Shown piece by piece: positions 1 to 13,600 of a stretch of 64,000 nt of DNA; position 1 is the stretch's first letter; the number at the start of each line of letters is the position of its first letter. The DNA is from Leucoraja erinacea (taxonomy: Eukaryota). The stretch covers positions 15,996,001-16,060,000 of the forward strand of contig NC_073403.1 of NCBI RefSeq assembly GCF_028641065.1. Direction: 5' to 3'. The notes beneath the pieces were generated by a model. It worked only from the letters and a program-made list of their open reading frames with translations. It did not search any database and was not told where the DNA came from. Made by a program: the position numbers and the translations under genes.

Positions 1-247
1 AAGTTCGAACGAAGTCCGCGGGAAGTTTGCGCGTGACGTACGGCGTCAAGACGCTGTGCACGACCATCAATATGGCTGCGGGCCAGCAGCCCGTTGCCGC
101 ACGGAATTTTTAAACACGGTCAGTTTTTCGGAGCCCCGCGCGATGTTGGGACCAGCTCCGCACAACTCCATTCGGCTCCGGCAATCGAAGTGGGACCGGC
201 CCCGCGAGGGCTTGCCGCATGGAGTCGCATGCTCGTGGGACAGGCCC
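1..247. mobile_element. Right end of a PIF/Harbinger-type MITE inserted next to or into a CR1 fragment
   Basis: CpG-rich segment ending GTGGGACAGGCCC, the same terminal motif as the TIR of the 12975-13198 element; left end lies outside the window. Confidence 0.55.
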
Positions 248-249
248 TT

Positions 250-775
250 TACTCCTATACTCAACTACTCTCGTTATGAAGGCCAACATGCCATTAGTTT
301 TCTTCACTGAGTGCTGTACCTGCATGTTTACTTTGTGACTGATGTACAAGGACACCCAGGTCTCTTTGTATTTCCCCTTTTCCTCACCTGCCACCATCCA
401 GATAATAATCTGCCATCCTGTTCTTGTCACCAAAGTGGATAACCTCACATTTATCCACATTATTACTGCATCTGCCATGCTTCTGCCCACTCACCCAACC
501 TGTCCAAGTCACCCTGCATCCTCATAGTATCCTCTTCGCAGTTCACACTGCCATCCAGCTTTGTGTCATCTGCAAATTTGCTAATGTTACTTTTAATTCC
601 TTCAGCTAAATCATTAATATATATTGTAAATAGCGGCAGTCCCAGCACAGAGCCTGCCATTCTGAAAGGGACCCGTTAATCCCTAATCTTTGTTTCCTGT
701 CTGCCAACCAATTTTCTATGCATGTCAATACCCTACCCCCAATACCATGTGCTCTAATTTTGCCCACTAATCTCT
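250..775 (-). mobile_element. CR1 LINE RT fragment
   Basis: [16 protein letters not shown]...ISKFADDTKL...[15 protein letters not shown]. Confidence 0.9.
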
Positions 776-827
776 GAACAGATCTTTTATTAATTTTGTC
801 TCAATGCACATGACTAGATCTGAACTA

Positions 828-1140
828 GGCAACAGAGTGGCACAACTGCTGGAGCCGCTGTCTCACAGCAACATAGACGCAGATTTGATCCCGATCTCGG
901 GTGCTCTCTGTGTGGAGTTTGCATGTTCTCTCTGTGACCACGCAAGTTACCTCAGGGTGCTCCAGTTTCCTTCCACATCCCAAAGATGTGCGGATTTGTA
1001 GGTTCATTGGTCCTCTAGGAAATGATCCCCAGTGTGTAGGATGTGGAAAAGTCGGATAGCATAGAACCAGTGTGAACAGGTGATCAATGCTTGGCTTGAA
1101 CCTGGTGGCCCAAAGGGCGTGTTTCCATTCTGTCTCTCTG
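828..1140 (+). mobile_element. V-SINE (HE1-like tRNA-derived SINE)
   Basis: Degenerate A/B boxes followed by V-domain GTGTGGAGTTTGCATGTTCTC...GGGTGCTCCAGTTTCC.TCCACA and a CR1-like tail. Confidence 0.75.
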
Positions 1141-1399
1141 AATTATAAACTAAGCTGTGCTTCAATTGGTTATATAATATATTTTTCTATGAAACTGTCC
1201 TGAATATATTCTACGATCTTGGCTTCAATATAATCCTTGGCAAATTTGATTTGTCCTATACATATAATGAAGTTTTAAGTCATCATTGATAATTATCATT
1301 CTAACAAGTCCCCATTATTTCTTCAATTCATCGTACAGAATAGCTGTTACTACTTGGCTTTCGACAGTGAATCGTTCCCGTGCTCTTTCTCATCCAGGC

Positions 1400-2385
1400 A
1401 GAATTCTGATAAACCTCTTGAGCACCCACCCTCTCCAAATCATCCACATCCTTCCTGTAATGGGGCAGCCAGAGCTGCACCAAATACTCCAAATGCAACT
1501 TTGCCAAAATTTTATAAAGCCCCAGCATGACTACCTGACTCTTATACTCAATACTCTGACCGATGAAGACAAACATATCATATGCCTTCTTTACTACTCT
1601 ATCTACTTGTGTTGCCACTTTCAAGGAGATATAGACCTGGACCCCATGATCCCTCTATACATCAAAGCTGTTAAAGGTCTTGCCATTAACTGAATACTTT
1701 CACCCTTACATTCAACCTCCCAAACTTGCTTGGATTAAACTCCATCTGCCAGTTATCTGCCCATATCAGTAACTGATCTATATTTCAATGTATCCATTGA
1801 GAGCCTTTCTCACAGTTCACAACTCCACCAATTTGTCTGTCATTTGTAAGCTTACTAAACAATCCATCTACATTTACATCCAATTCATTGATATATATCA
1901 CAAACAACAGTGGTCCCAGCACTGATCCCTGTGAAACACCACTGGCCATAGACCTCCATTCAGAATAACACTATTTTACCACAACGCTCTACTCTATATG
2001 AGTAAGCCAGTTCTGAATCCAAACCATCAAATCACCCTAGACCCCGTGTATATTAATCTTCTGTATACGCTTACCATGAGGGACTTCAACAAATACCTTA
2101 CTATAATCAATGTAGATAACATCTACTGCCTTATCCTCACCAATCATCTTATTTCCTCAAAGAACTCAAATCGGGTTTGTAAGACATGGCGTGCTGCAGT
2201 CAGTCATGCTGACTGTCCCTAATTATCACAATCTCTTCCAAATGTGTGTAAATCCTATCATTAGGAATCGGCTGCAACAGCTTCCCTACCAACCAATGTG
2301 AGGCTCGCCAGCCTATAATTGCCTCGATTATCTTCATTTCCCCTCTTAAACAAAGGAACAACAACTGTCCAGTCTTCCGCCATCT
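1400..2385 (-). mobile_element. Degenerate CR1 LINE ORF2 fragment
   Basis: LYKILAKLHLEY.VQLW.PHYRKDV..LERV; upstream GKLL..I..DRIY.HLE...IRDSQH. Confidence 0.85.
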
Positions 2386-2455
2386 AAGTAATTTTACTTT
2401 GATTATAAAAGTGTAAATGATGTGAAAGTGAAAACAGAAACAGAAAATGCTGAAG

Positions 2456-2955
2456 GCAGACAAACGTGCTGGAGAAACTCAGCAGGTGCAACAGCATCTA
2501 TGGAGCGAAGGAAATAGACGACGTTTCGGGCCGAAACCCTTCTTCAGACTGATGGGGGGGGGGAGAAGAATGGAAAAAGGAGGAGGAGCCCGAGGGATGA
2601 GGGAGAGTTAAGAAGGGGAGTTGACACCGAAGGCAAACGGAATTGGGAGAATTCAATGTTTATGCCACTAGGATGCAGACTACCCAACCGGAATATGAGG
2701 TGCTGTTCCTCCAATTTCAGGTGGTGCTCACTCTGGCCATGGAGGAGGCCCAGGACAGAGAGGTTGGATATGGAATGGGAGGGGGAGTTGAAGTGCTGAG
2801 CCACTGGGAGGTCAGGTTGGTTAAGGCGGACCGAGCGGAGGTGTTCGGCGAAACGATCACCAAGCCTACGCTTGGTCTCAACGATGTAAATCAGCTGACA
2901 TCTAGAGCAGCGGATGCAATAGATGAGGTTGGAGGAGATGCAGGTGAACCTCTGT
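2456..2955 (-). mobile_element. Penelope-like element 3' end: GIY-YIG endonuclease + pLTR with hammerhead motif
   Basis: HFNSPSHSISNLSVLGL...LKLEEQHLIFRLGSLHPSGINIEF plus an upstream C..SNLIYCIRCSRC-type segment; pLTR motif at 2520-2547. Confidence 0.85.
2520..2547 (-). ncRNA. Minimal (PLE-type) hammerhead ribozyme motif
   Basis: CTGAAGA-A-GGGT-TTCG-GCCC-GAAA-CGTC: intact core, 4-bp stem II closed by a TTCG loop, palindromic ACGT helix III, GUC cleavage triplet. Confidence 0.7.
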
Positions 2956-4098
2956 CAGGAGATGCAGGGGTGAAGGCACTCAGTCGGTCAGTCAGTAAAA
3001 GTGGAGAGGAACGCTGAAATAATGTTTCAAATTCCAGGCTTCCAGACCTGAAATGTTAACCATCTCTCTTTCATGGGTGTTGCCTGACCTGCTGATAGTT
3101 TTCAGCACTTTCTGCTTTTATTACAGATTTCCAACATCTGTGTTTTCTTTCTATTTTCATTCAAACTGTACACAGATGTTAAATCACACGCAAAATATCT
3201 TCGTTTTATTCCACATAGGAACATATGAACTGCCAGACCAAAAACAAGACAAAGGTTGGCTTTTGCCATTCAGGTGGTCACACAATACAAATGTAATGGA
3301 GTTCTTTAGAATCGTAGTAATCAATACCAATCAATTATCCTACAATAGACCTAGTCACGACAACCTCTATGTGGTAAAAAGCTTTGCGAACCATTGTCAC
3401 CTGTTCCTGCCAGGAATATTACACTCACCATATTAAGTTACTCAAACAGTGTATCAAATGTCTACATTCTAATTCTACTTGTGTGAGATAACCTGAATGG
3501 AAACCATTTGCATGTGTCACCAACTGATGGAAAAAGTACTTGTCCTTGTCTTTTCGCCATAGCAACCTCTCCTCTGCCTCAAAGCTGCTTAATTCAATGT
3601 AGCTGATATTTCATAACATTGCATTTTGATTCTGTTGTATTATATATAAAGCTTGCTTAATACACATCATGAGGTAACACTTTTGTACCTGCATGAAATA
3701 ATTTATCAGGATTAGTGTATCCGTTACATTCACTCACTGCTTGTCTGAAGATATTTCCAAGGCCTTGATCTCTTTATCCCTGTGTACTTCCAATAGTGCA
3801 ACGACCATTTCCTGTATTTAACCAACACTAGCTGTGCTTTCAGCTGTCTGGATCGCAGGCTCAGGAATTCCATCCCTTAACCCTCTTCCTGTAAATGCAC
3901 TCAATAAAATCACCTCTGATCAAGCTTTACACATTTGTTCTTTTCTCTTTGAATTAATTTCCAGAATATAGAAACTGGCCTGCCTTTATTGTCTTTGGTA
4001 ATTCCTTCTGATCAGATAACTTGCATCAAGTTTTTGCCTGACAAGACCCCGGTCATGTAAAAGGCAAGTTATCCTTTCTTTGATTAAAATTAACATTG

Positions 4099-4740
4099 CA
4101 GTAAACCCTCATTTTAACGGATCTCTTTATAACAGATTTTGGTTACAGCGGACTGACCTACTGATGGCTACCCATGCCATCCCTGGTTTGCGCTGCCTCC
4201 CCCTTCCACTTGCAGCACCAGCTGCCCGCACACCGCCCCTGGTTCGCACCCCCTCCCCGGCCACTTGCAGCGCCGACTGCCCCCGAGCCCCTGCGGCTTG
4301 CGACGTTCCCAACCTGCGCCTTGCGACGTTCCCAACCTGCGCCTGCCACTGATGAACCTTGTCTGCACTCCGGCCCCTCACGGGTCATGCTCATTGACTC
4401 CACTGGTACTCCCCTCGCCATTGTCCACAAGGAAACCGGGGCCGTCAACTCACCTGGATTCCACGCCAAGTTCTGGACCAAGCGTCTGAAGAAGGGTCTC
4501 AATCTGAAACGTCATCTATCCATGTGCTCCAGAGATGCTACCTGACCTGCTGAGTTACCCCAGCACTCTGTGTATCAGCAACTGCAACTGAAATGGGGGG
4601 GGACTATGTATAAACACAGCTGTAATTTCTACATGATGAAACCAAAATGTATAAAAATGGCTTTTAATAACCTGACAATGTGTGCTTTAACCACATGTGA
4701 TTATTGGGTCTGTCCCAAACATTATGGAGGGCACTGTGTA
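4099..4740. mobile_element. Composite of Tc1/mariner-Tigger-like MITE ends with a GC-rich core and a pLTR fragment
   Basis: CAGTAAACCCTC.TTTTAACG start; reverse-strand CAGTGCCCTCCATAATGTTTGGGAC terminus at about 4713-4738; 23-bp tandem duplication 4297-4343; hammerhead-like motif at 4486. Confidence 0.35.
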
Positions 4741-5724
4741 CATGTGCGTGAAGTTAATATGCTCTATAAATAATCATACTATTTCTTTAAACGGCTTGGT
4801 GCCTTGTGGCTGACGGATCAGTAGAGGACAGTCAACACCCAAAAATAGGCACATTTACACAGTAGCTTTTGTGGACTCGGTGTTGAACCAATACAGTATT
4901 AGGATTCTCAACTTTTTACACACTCATTAAGAGACAATGTAGATTGTTGAATTCAAATCAGATCATACCTTATGTGAGTGGTGTAATAACAGGGGAGAAC
5001 CTTTGCCTTTTAAAATAATTAGAAGTTAATGAATAACATGATAAAAAGAAAACTGGCAGAATTTGGAAATCTTTTATCACTATTGCTCGGTATGTTGCAA
5101 TTATTATTGTGGGCTATGTGGAGGAGAGAATGGATTTAGCTATCTGTGGACTAAGGGCAATGCACGAAAAACAATGCTTTTCTTGTGACAATACCTCAAA
5201 AAGTTAAAAACTAGATTTTCTTGATCTTTAAATATTACTGAACTAAAAAGTCAATTTTACATGTTTTAATTATTAATTTATTAAATTAGAAATAGATTGG
5301 AAACAGAATCGAAATGGAAGAGGTTATATTGATGGGGAAAAAATGGTGATAAATGTAGATTCATTTTTAATTGATTTGTGCACTGGTACCTTTATGTCCA
5401 CAAAAAAGTACTGACAAAAATTAGTACGGATGATGTATTGCTGGCTATCATCTGCAGACTGGTAACTGGAAATGCGCCTCCTCTTGCTTAGAGTTTGTCC
5501 ACGATCTTAATTAAATAAGGACCTGCCTCAATAGAAACATCTGGTTCAGTGCATACAGCACCAAGTCCTGCCTTACCACCGAGTGTTTACAGTGTTCAAG
5601 ATTAAACGGAGTTCTTTGTGTTTAAAGGTCAAGGGATAATCTGATCTTGTTGTTTGAATGATAAAAGGCAGATACAGAACCTTATTTTTTATGGCGGGAT
5701 AATTTAGAACAGTGCATACAATTA

Positions 5725-6335
5725 GTGGAGACACAAGAATCTGCAGATGCTGGAATCTTGATTCAAAAATAGAGTGTAGATACAAAATGCTGGAGAAACT
5801 CAGCGGGTGCGGCAGCATCTATGGAGAGGAGGAATTGGCGACTTTTCGGGTTGAAACCTTTCTTCAGACTGATGTCAGGGGAGGGGGCTGGACAAAGAAA
5901 GAAAGTGGGCAGAGAGAGTGGGACTAGTGGGAGGACTGGGAAGGGGGAGGGAAGGGGAGAGAACAAGGGCTGCCTGAAGTTAGAGGTCAACGTTCATACG
6001 GCTGGGGTGTAAAATAGTGTGCTGGAGGAACTCAGTGGGTTAGGCAGAATCTGTGGAGGGAATGGACAAACAACATTTCGGGTCGGGACTCTTCTTCAGA
6101 CTCATCTTCAAATTCAATGTCAGAAGGGTCACAACCCGAAATGTCTGTCCATTTCCCTCCACAGTTGCTCAACCCACTGAATTTCTCCTGCACTATTTTT
6201 GTGCGTAAGGTTGTTGTCATCCCAATCAGGAAAACATAATGTAATGGCATCTGTGGAGAGAATGGATAGGCAGGTAGACTGTTAGTTTCTGAAGAAGGGT
6301 CGCAACCCGAAATGTCACCAGCCCCTTCCCACCAC
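5725..6335. mobile_element. Cluster of Penelope pLTR-derived repeats in both orientations
   Basis: Repeated CTGCAGATGCTGG / TGCTGGAG.AACTCAGC / CTGAAGAAGGGT..ACCCGAAA motifs. Confidence 0.7.
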
Positions 6336-6347
6336 AAACGCTGCCTG

Positions 6348-6808
6348 AAGTCCCGTCACCCCTTTGCTCCACGTGGAAAACGACTGCTGGCATCCATCCA
6401 GCCAACTGAGACAAAAGCACACTGGATAGCCACCAAGTGGTCACAGGAGTGGAAGGCAACCTCATCTCCATTACACAGCTACATCTCTTCACCAGGTAAA
6501 AGCTGTCCAGGGTCTGACCTCCCCAGAGGAGCATGGGTGAAGTTCAACAGACTTCGTACTGGAGTTGGGCATTTCAATGCCAGCATGTGGAGATGGGGAC
6601 TCTGCCAGAGCCCAGCCTGTGAATGCGGAGCAGAACAACAGACAGCCAACCATTTCATCTCTGAGTACCCGCTCTACCACCCACCAAATGGAGCTCAGGG
6701 CCAGGCAGACTTTGACACAGAGACAACAATCTGACTGCTCAACACCCGGCTTGAGATCTAACTAATCCTTTGGTTTATTTATGTTTCATACGCAAGAAGA
6801 AGAAGAAG
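6348..6808 (+). mobile_element. 5'-truncated Vingi/ingi-type LINE 3' end inserted in a pLTR repeat
   Basis: LKSRHPF...W..EW...NRLRTGVG....M.RWG....CECG..QT..H (CCHC-type zinc finger); tail CATACGC(AAG)n; flanking near-duplication aYgctgcctg at 6338-6347 and 6809-6818. Confidence 0.65.
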
Positions 6809-7232
6809 ATGCTGCCTGTTCTGCTGAGTTCCTCAGCACTTTGTGTTTTGCTCAAGCTTGCAGCATCTGCAGTTTCATGTGTCTCCACATTCTTCTTCAT
6901 CCATGTGATCTGTCTTCATCAGTGAGTTGAAACGGTTAACAGGGAAAAAGTATTTTCAACAATCGATGGGACGACAAATTGCACCCTTCACTTGCAGCCT
7001 CGTCATAGATCCACTTTTCAGCTGAAGTCAGGAATGGGAATTTCAACCAAATTCCTGCTCCCACACCCATTCTTCCCTTTCCAGGATCTTCTCACTCGAG
7101 GGCCGTTGAGACTAAAATAACGCCAGAACATTTTTTTCTAATACAATGATCCAACTTCAAAAAATCATTGTTACCTTGCTTATAAAGCAAATGACAAAAC
7201 TGTTTCTTATTTAGAAACATGTGCCTATAAAG

Positions 7233-7238
7233 TTTATT
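7233..7238 (-). terminator. Candidate polyadenylation signal of the CERS gene
   Basis: AATAAA on the minus strand about 280 nt past the stop; usage not demonstrable from sequence. Confidence 0.35.
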
Positions 7239-7515
7239 TTAGAAATGAAGTCAAAATAATTCAACTCATGCTAAAATATCCGCATTATAATTACTATCGT
7301 AATTTGGACCTTAATGATGCAGTGTAATACTCTGTTCTAGCAAATACATACATGTCTGATAACTTTGTAAACAGTCCACAATGAATATTTTTCAGTCAAT
7401 TATGTTGCAAAAACATATGTAGTAAATAGCTGTTTTTCCTTAAATAAAATGCTTCTCGATTCTTTTGTAGCTTGGACTTGCATCCTGAGAAACTGTGGAA
7501 TATCTTGGTCAGCCA

Positions 7516-7602
7516 TTACGATGCTTTCTCATGGCCAATTTGTTCAGGTTGCTCTTCCTCCTCAGAGCTACTCTCGACATCACTTCGCTCATCTTTAGAT
7601 AC
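7516..7602 (-). CDS. CERS5/6-like last coding exon ([28 protein letters not shown])
   Basis: ttcag| acceptor; DxRSDxE motif and acidic CK2-type SSSEEE; TAA at 7518-7516. Confidence 0.93.
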   Translation of the reverse strand, partial: VSKDERSDVESSSEEEEQPEQIGHEKAS

Positions 7603-10600
7603 CTGAACATGAAGGAGATCACACTTTAGGTATAAATCAAGAGGCATTTATAAATGTTTCCAGTGTTTCAGCGTGATTTCAAAATGAATGTTCCATCACT
7701 TAGTCAATCATGTTCAAGTTATGGATAGGAAAAGTTTAGAGGGTTATGGGTCAAACACAGGCAAATGGGACTAGCTTAGGTCAGCTAGGACGAGTTGGGT
7801 TGAAGGGTCTGTTTCCGTGCTATGTGACTCTATATTCTGCACCACATTCCATGGGCCGTATATGCTCTTATTATACTATCACTTTTTTTTTCCTGTGTTA
7901 GAATGCATCAAGGTAAGAATGGCAATGGTACATTGCCATCAATGACCTGGTATGTGGCAAAGAAATCAGAGAGGAATTGATGGGAATGCTCTGGTATATA
8001 GCTAAAAGAAAAACAAGGAGAGGGGGAATGAGCTGATGGGATTTCTAAGTTGAGAGCTGGTATGGATGGATCTGTGGCCCAAACAGCCTCCTGTGCTATA
8101 ATAAGTAATTAGAGAGATGCTATATGTTATGTGACAAGAGAATATGCAGTTTAGAGATGTTGACACATTCAAGGGCTTTAAAAAAGCAAGTGCAATTTTC
8201 GGACCATACAGAATCTACTCAGAAAAATAAAAATGAATAAACTGCAGAAGCTGGAAATATGAAAAACAAAATCTGTTGGAAACACTTAGCTGGTACTTGG
8301 AGCTTAGAAGAATGAGGTGTGACCTAATTCAAACATATCAGATCCAAAAAAGGCTTAATGGGGTTGATGTTGAGATATTTTCACTCACGTCACAAACAAG
8401 GAGACATAATAACAAAATAAGGGAGCAATGATTTAAAAGGAGGTGCGTGGACATTACTTCTCTCAGAGGGTGGTGAATCTCTGGAATTCTCTGCCCCAGA
8501 GGGTGGTGTTGTCAGATCATGAGATATATTTAAGTTGGAGATAGATAAATATTTGAAAAACTGAAAATTAAGGGTTTTGGCGAACTGGCAGTGGAAAGAA
8601 AAGCCTCCCACCTTGTCTCATGGAAGGACGACTTCCCTTTCTCTCATTTTCCTCTTCCTCCACTGCATGTGTTCTTGAGATAAGGCTTTCCTCTCAAGAA
8701 CATCAGGAAACATGGACTACCCAACCCCCACTGTGATTGATGGAGCCCTCACCCGTATCTCCTCCATTTCCCGCACATCTGTTCTCACCAGCCTTGTCAC
8801 AAACTGAATAGTGATGGAGTCTCTTTCATCCTCAACACTCACTTCACAAACCCTTGCATCAAACACTTCATTCTTCGACATTTCCGCCAGCTACAATTTG
8901 ATCCCACCACTTGTCACATTTTCCCCAGCCTACCTCTTGCTGCTTTTCGCAGGGACTGCTCTCCCCGTGACTTCCTGATTCACTTCCCATCCCTATGCAC
9001 CTCCACGCTCACAACCATCCAGCCACCTAGGTACCCAAACTGCCCATCCAGGTGAGGCAAAGATTCACCTGCACCTCCTCTAACCTTGTCTATTTCATTC
9101 TATGTTCCCGATGTGGCCTCCTCGTCATTGGTGAGATTATTTCCTACATGCACCACTCCCTGTCGCCCTCTCACCCAGCTTCTTTCCCATCAGCCACACG
9201 CTCCTCCCATCAGCCCGCTGTTCCCATCCACCCACCCCACTGCCTTTATTTGGTCCCACACTCTACCTTCCTTTCCCATCAGTTTACATCATCAGCAGCC
9301 CCTGGTTACTCCACAACTCACGGCCCAGCCTGTTGTTATCTCCACTCTTCACTCCACTGCCTGACCATCCACCAATCCATCCCTCCTCACCTGCATCCAT
9401 CCATCGCTTCCTAGCTCCTACCCCACCCCTTCTCTTTATCTTGTCCCACCGCTCACCTCTTTATATTGGGTACCTCCCCTCCACTCTTTCAGTCCAGAGG
9501 AAGGTTCTCAACCCAAAATGTCGACTGTCCATTTCCCTCTACGGATGTTGCTGGACCCGTTGCGTTCCCTCAACACTTTGTGATTTGCAATGGATCAATA
9601 GACAATAGACAATAGGTGCAGGAGTGGGACATTCGGCCCTTTGAGCCAGCACCGCCATTCAATGTGATCATGGCTGATCATCCCCAATCAGTACTCCGTT
9701 CCTGCCTTCTCCCCATATCCCCTGACTCCGTCTTTACCTTCCCATTGATCACAAGAGTAGTCTTTTTACGAATCACAATGTCAATTTACATTGGTTCAGG
9801 AGCTGGAATGGAAGGACAGATAGGTAGGCAGGAAAAATGTTTAGAGGGATATGGGCCAATATGGGCAAATGGGATAGCTGGGATGGAGCATCTTGGTTGG
9901 GCTGCAGGGCCTGTTTCTGTGCTGTATGGCTCTATGATTTCACTAATGAGGTGTTATGAAAAGATTAATAACCTCCGCAGAATAATGGGTATATGGCAAC
10001 CCTACACCTCTGGGGATGGGTTTGAAACATTGCTGAAGTACAAAAGGATATATTTTTTAATCCAGAGAGAAAAAAGATGTTTTTAAATCGTTCATTCCAT
10101 AGTACAATTACCTCTCGTCATTATCAGTGCATGATTACACTCTGCTCTGCAAATGTACAATGACAACTCAGTGTAAAGAAGTTCATGTTTTGAGGGTTTT
10201 TTTAACTTTCACACCTATCCCCAAAGGTAGTAATCCACTAAAGATTGTAAACTCATCATTATCCAGGGAAGATGATTTACCTTTCCTTTATGAAATGCTT
10301 TCAGCACCATACGGATGATCAGGTAGGACCAGTAGACATGCATAATCAGCAGCGTGATGAGCAGAAGATTGATAAAGCCCCAGGTTTTGAATGGTCCTAT
10401 GATCTCCCAGCTTTCAAAAAACACAGACCTGATACTCCTGTAAAGAAAACACATCACTGATTTGGAAATAGTTCATAGGTGCCATTAAATTTAAACCAGG
10501 ATGAGAAAATGGGGCAGATTTTGATCCTTGCTAATCGAGCTGAGTGGATCACTTGTTCTCTATTGAAATCAATAGAATAAAAATCAGACACTTCCTGTGT

Positions 10601-13600
10601 AGTTGGGGAAATTTGCGGCTAAGTTGCTGCCCAGGCAGCGATAATGACAATTTGTGCTAATTATTTGCTTCCTAGTGATTATGCAAATTTCTTGTGAAAA
10701 TCAGATGATAAACTAAAATCTCACTTCCTATCCCATGAATGAGACTTATTTACCAGTGAAATGTTCAAAATAAAACACATTAAGTCATTAAAAATGAACA
10801 TATATGCATTATCATCTGCTAAGTTTGAGGTTATGGCACGTCATTAGGCTCTTGAGAATAACAGGCTTCTTGCAGTTCCTAATGAACGGTTACGAACTTT
10901 CAGTGCAAGAACAGATTCGCATGATTGCTTTCCCATCTCAATTGCTGATCACGTGGAAATAAAGAGACTCATGCAACTTTGCAACAGTTGTTCATTGGCA
11001 TGCAACTTAAGGAATAGCTTAAAAACACTCATAAAAATGGAGCAACCTAATAACAATACGCCCAAGAACTAGTGAAACACAAAGCTACGGCAAGTGTAAT
11101 TTCCTGAACTCAAAGTTACCAACGTACTCTTAAATTCATGGCAACTTTTGAATTTCGTTCACGGGATTTGAGGATAACTTTTTCCTCTCTCCAGTTGTGA
11201 GAATTCTGGAGTGGGCGTCGTGGGAACCACTGATTCTTGAGTCAATGTGGGAATCTTCCACAAAAGATGGCTACAAACTATAACAATCACATTTAGTACA
11301 TGTGATGAATTATAATCTCATTGGCTTTTGTAGCTTTTCACCAAACCTAGTTTATTTTAAATCAGTCACTTGCTCCCACTGGGTCTGCAGAGGTGCCATC
11401 ATACTTGAAGTACAGAACCAGGACGATCCTACAGCCTGGCAGAATGTGTCCACACAAAAAGCTGGAGTAACTCAGCGGGACAGGCGGCATCTCTGGAGAG
11501 AAGGAATGGGTGACGTTTTGGGTCGAGACCCTTCTTCGGAATATGTGCTGAATTAGCTAATTTGTGGCGGGGAAAAATAACGCTGTGCTTTGAGCCTTGA
11601 ATGCTGAAGAGTTGATGTGTCTGCAAATTGGATGAGATTTGGATTAGGCCCAATGTGACATCATAGTCAAATAACCTGATAATATTCAGATGTACATGAA
11701 GTCTGAACATTTGTTCAAAGTATGATTCAGCAGGTGGGGTTTATTAAACCATATGCCAACACACTCAAAAGGGGAAAGAGAGACTTAAAAAAGGAATAAT
11801 CTTACTTCCCTATTGCATGACATAGTCTAAATGTGAAAAGTAAACTTAGGAGGATTTTACTCACATGATTGGATATATTACCAGACGGGTCACAATGAAC
11901 ACCACAGCAAACATCAGGAAGATGATGTTGCAGAGCTTTTGCCATTTAGCATAGTTTGCCATTTTAGCAAGCTAGGTTGAAAGGAAAATGTAATTGGTAT
12001 CATGAACCTATCAATAAATTTGAAAGAAACATGTTCATGTCCAAGCACAGAAGCATACAACTGGCAGGAATTTATCATCCTGGAAAAACATTCTTCCCAA
12101 CAGCCATTAGGCTATTAAACACTACAACATCCAAATAAGCTCTGAACTAAATAGACTATTATTGTTTGTTTGTTATGTGTNNNNNNNNNNNNNNNNNNNN
12201 NNNNNNNNNNNNNNNNNNNNNNNNNNNNNNNNNNNNNNNNNNNNNNNNNNNNNNNNNNNNNNNNNNNNNNNNNNNNNNNNNNNNNNNNNNNNNNNNNNNN
12301 NNNNNNNNNNNNNNNNNNNNNNNNNNNNNNNNNNNNNNNNNNNNNNNNNNNNNNNNNNNNNNNNNNNNNNNNNNNNNNNNNNNNNNNNNNNNNNNNNNNN
12401 NNNNNNNNNNNNNNNTGTGTGTGTGTTTGTATGAGTGGGTATGTGTATATACACACACTGAACTTTTTTTTCTCGTTTATTATGTTGTTTACAATGTAAT
12501 ATGTTTATATATTCTGCTGCAAGTAAGAATTTAATTGTTCTATCTGGGATATATGACAATAAAACACTTGACTCTTGACAATACTCAAATCATAGAGCCC
12601 GAGGTGAACAATTTGGACTTCTGCGAACCACAGGAAGTACACAATTGCACTGGAGACAAGATTCACAAAAACATTGTAGAAACAAGGACCTGCAGATACT
12701 GGCTCATGAAGAAAAGACCCAAAGTGCTGGAGTAACTCAGCGGGTGGGTCAGGCAGCAACTGTAAAACATAGATAGGTGACATTTTGCTTTGGGACCCTT
12801 CTATAAATTGAAGAAATTCAATTACTTGCGTCTTTCACAAGAACATTGCCTCAGGTAGAGCATTTCAGTCGTGAGGGGAAAGTGGATAGATGGGGTTTGT
12901 ACTTCTGGGCAGAGGAAACATAAGCAAAATTATGAAGTGCATAGGCATAAGCGATAATAGGAGATACAAGCATTGGGCCTGTCCCACTTAGCGATTTTTT
13001 CAGCGACTGCCGGTGTCATATCAGTGTCGCCAAAAGATTTTGAACATTTCAAAATCCAGCGGCGACAAAAAAATGTTGCGACACTTGAAAAAACACCGGG
13101 CGACAATATGTCATCACGCCGCAAATTTTTCGGTGACCTGATACGTCAGTCAATGATGCCGGCAGTGGCCAAAAAATAAATCGCCAAGTGGGACAGGCGG
13201 TATCTAAAATTAGAAAGCCTTTGTTTAGGGGAAAAGATAATAGGATTAGAAGGATCCAAGTTACAGCTTCTTTGCCGCATTGCCTGGCGGAGTGATGGAG
13301 ACAGATTTCAGAAGTATCTAGACAAACACTTGAACTGCCGAATTATGGAGGGCTATTGTCAAAGTACTGATAAATGGTTTTAGTATAGATGGCTACCTGA
13401 TGTTCAGTATATGCCGGATGGGCTGAAGGACCCATTCCCATGTTCTAAGGCTCCACACAGCATGGTCTTTCAGCAGATAGAAATAATGGAGTGACTGGGC
13501 TTGTATACACTGGAATTTAGAAGGATGAGAGGATATCTTATTGAGACATACAAGATTATTAAGGGATTGGACAAGCTAGAGGCAGGAAACATGTTCCCGA

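Noticed and set aside
3220-3255. Possible 36-nt plus-strand exon (tccacatag|GAACATATG...GACAAAG|gttggc)
   Set aside because: Weak donor, no recognisable protein and no partner exons identified
5572-5670. Minus-strand donor GTG|GTAAG near GATA/FOX/nuclear-receptor-like motifs, as a possible first exon of a neighbouring gene
   Set aside because: Short motifs are expected by chance; no coding support in the window
7410-7518. Stop-codon readthrough extension of the CERS protein
   Set aside because: TAA-T context is not readthrough-prone and the downstream peptide shows no CERS similarity
12115-12559. Six ORFs containing X runs
   Set aside because: Artefacts of the N gap
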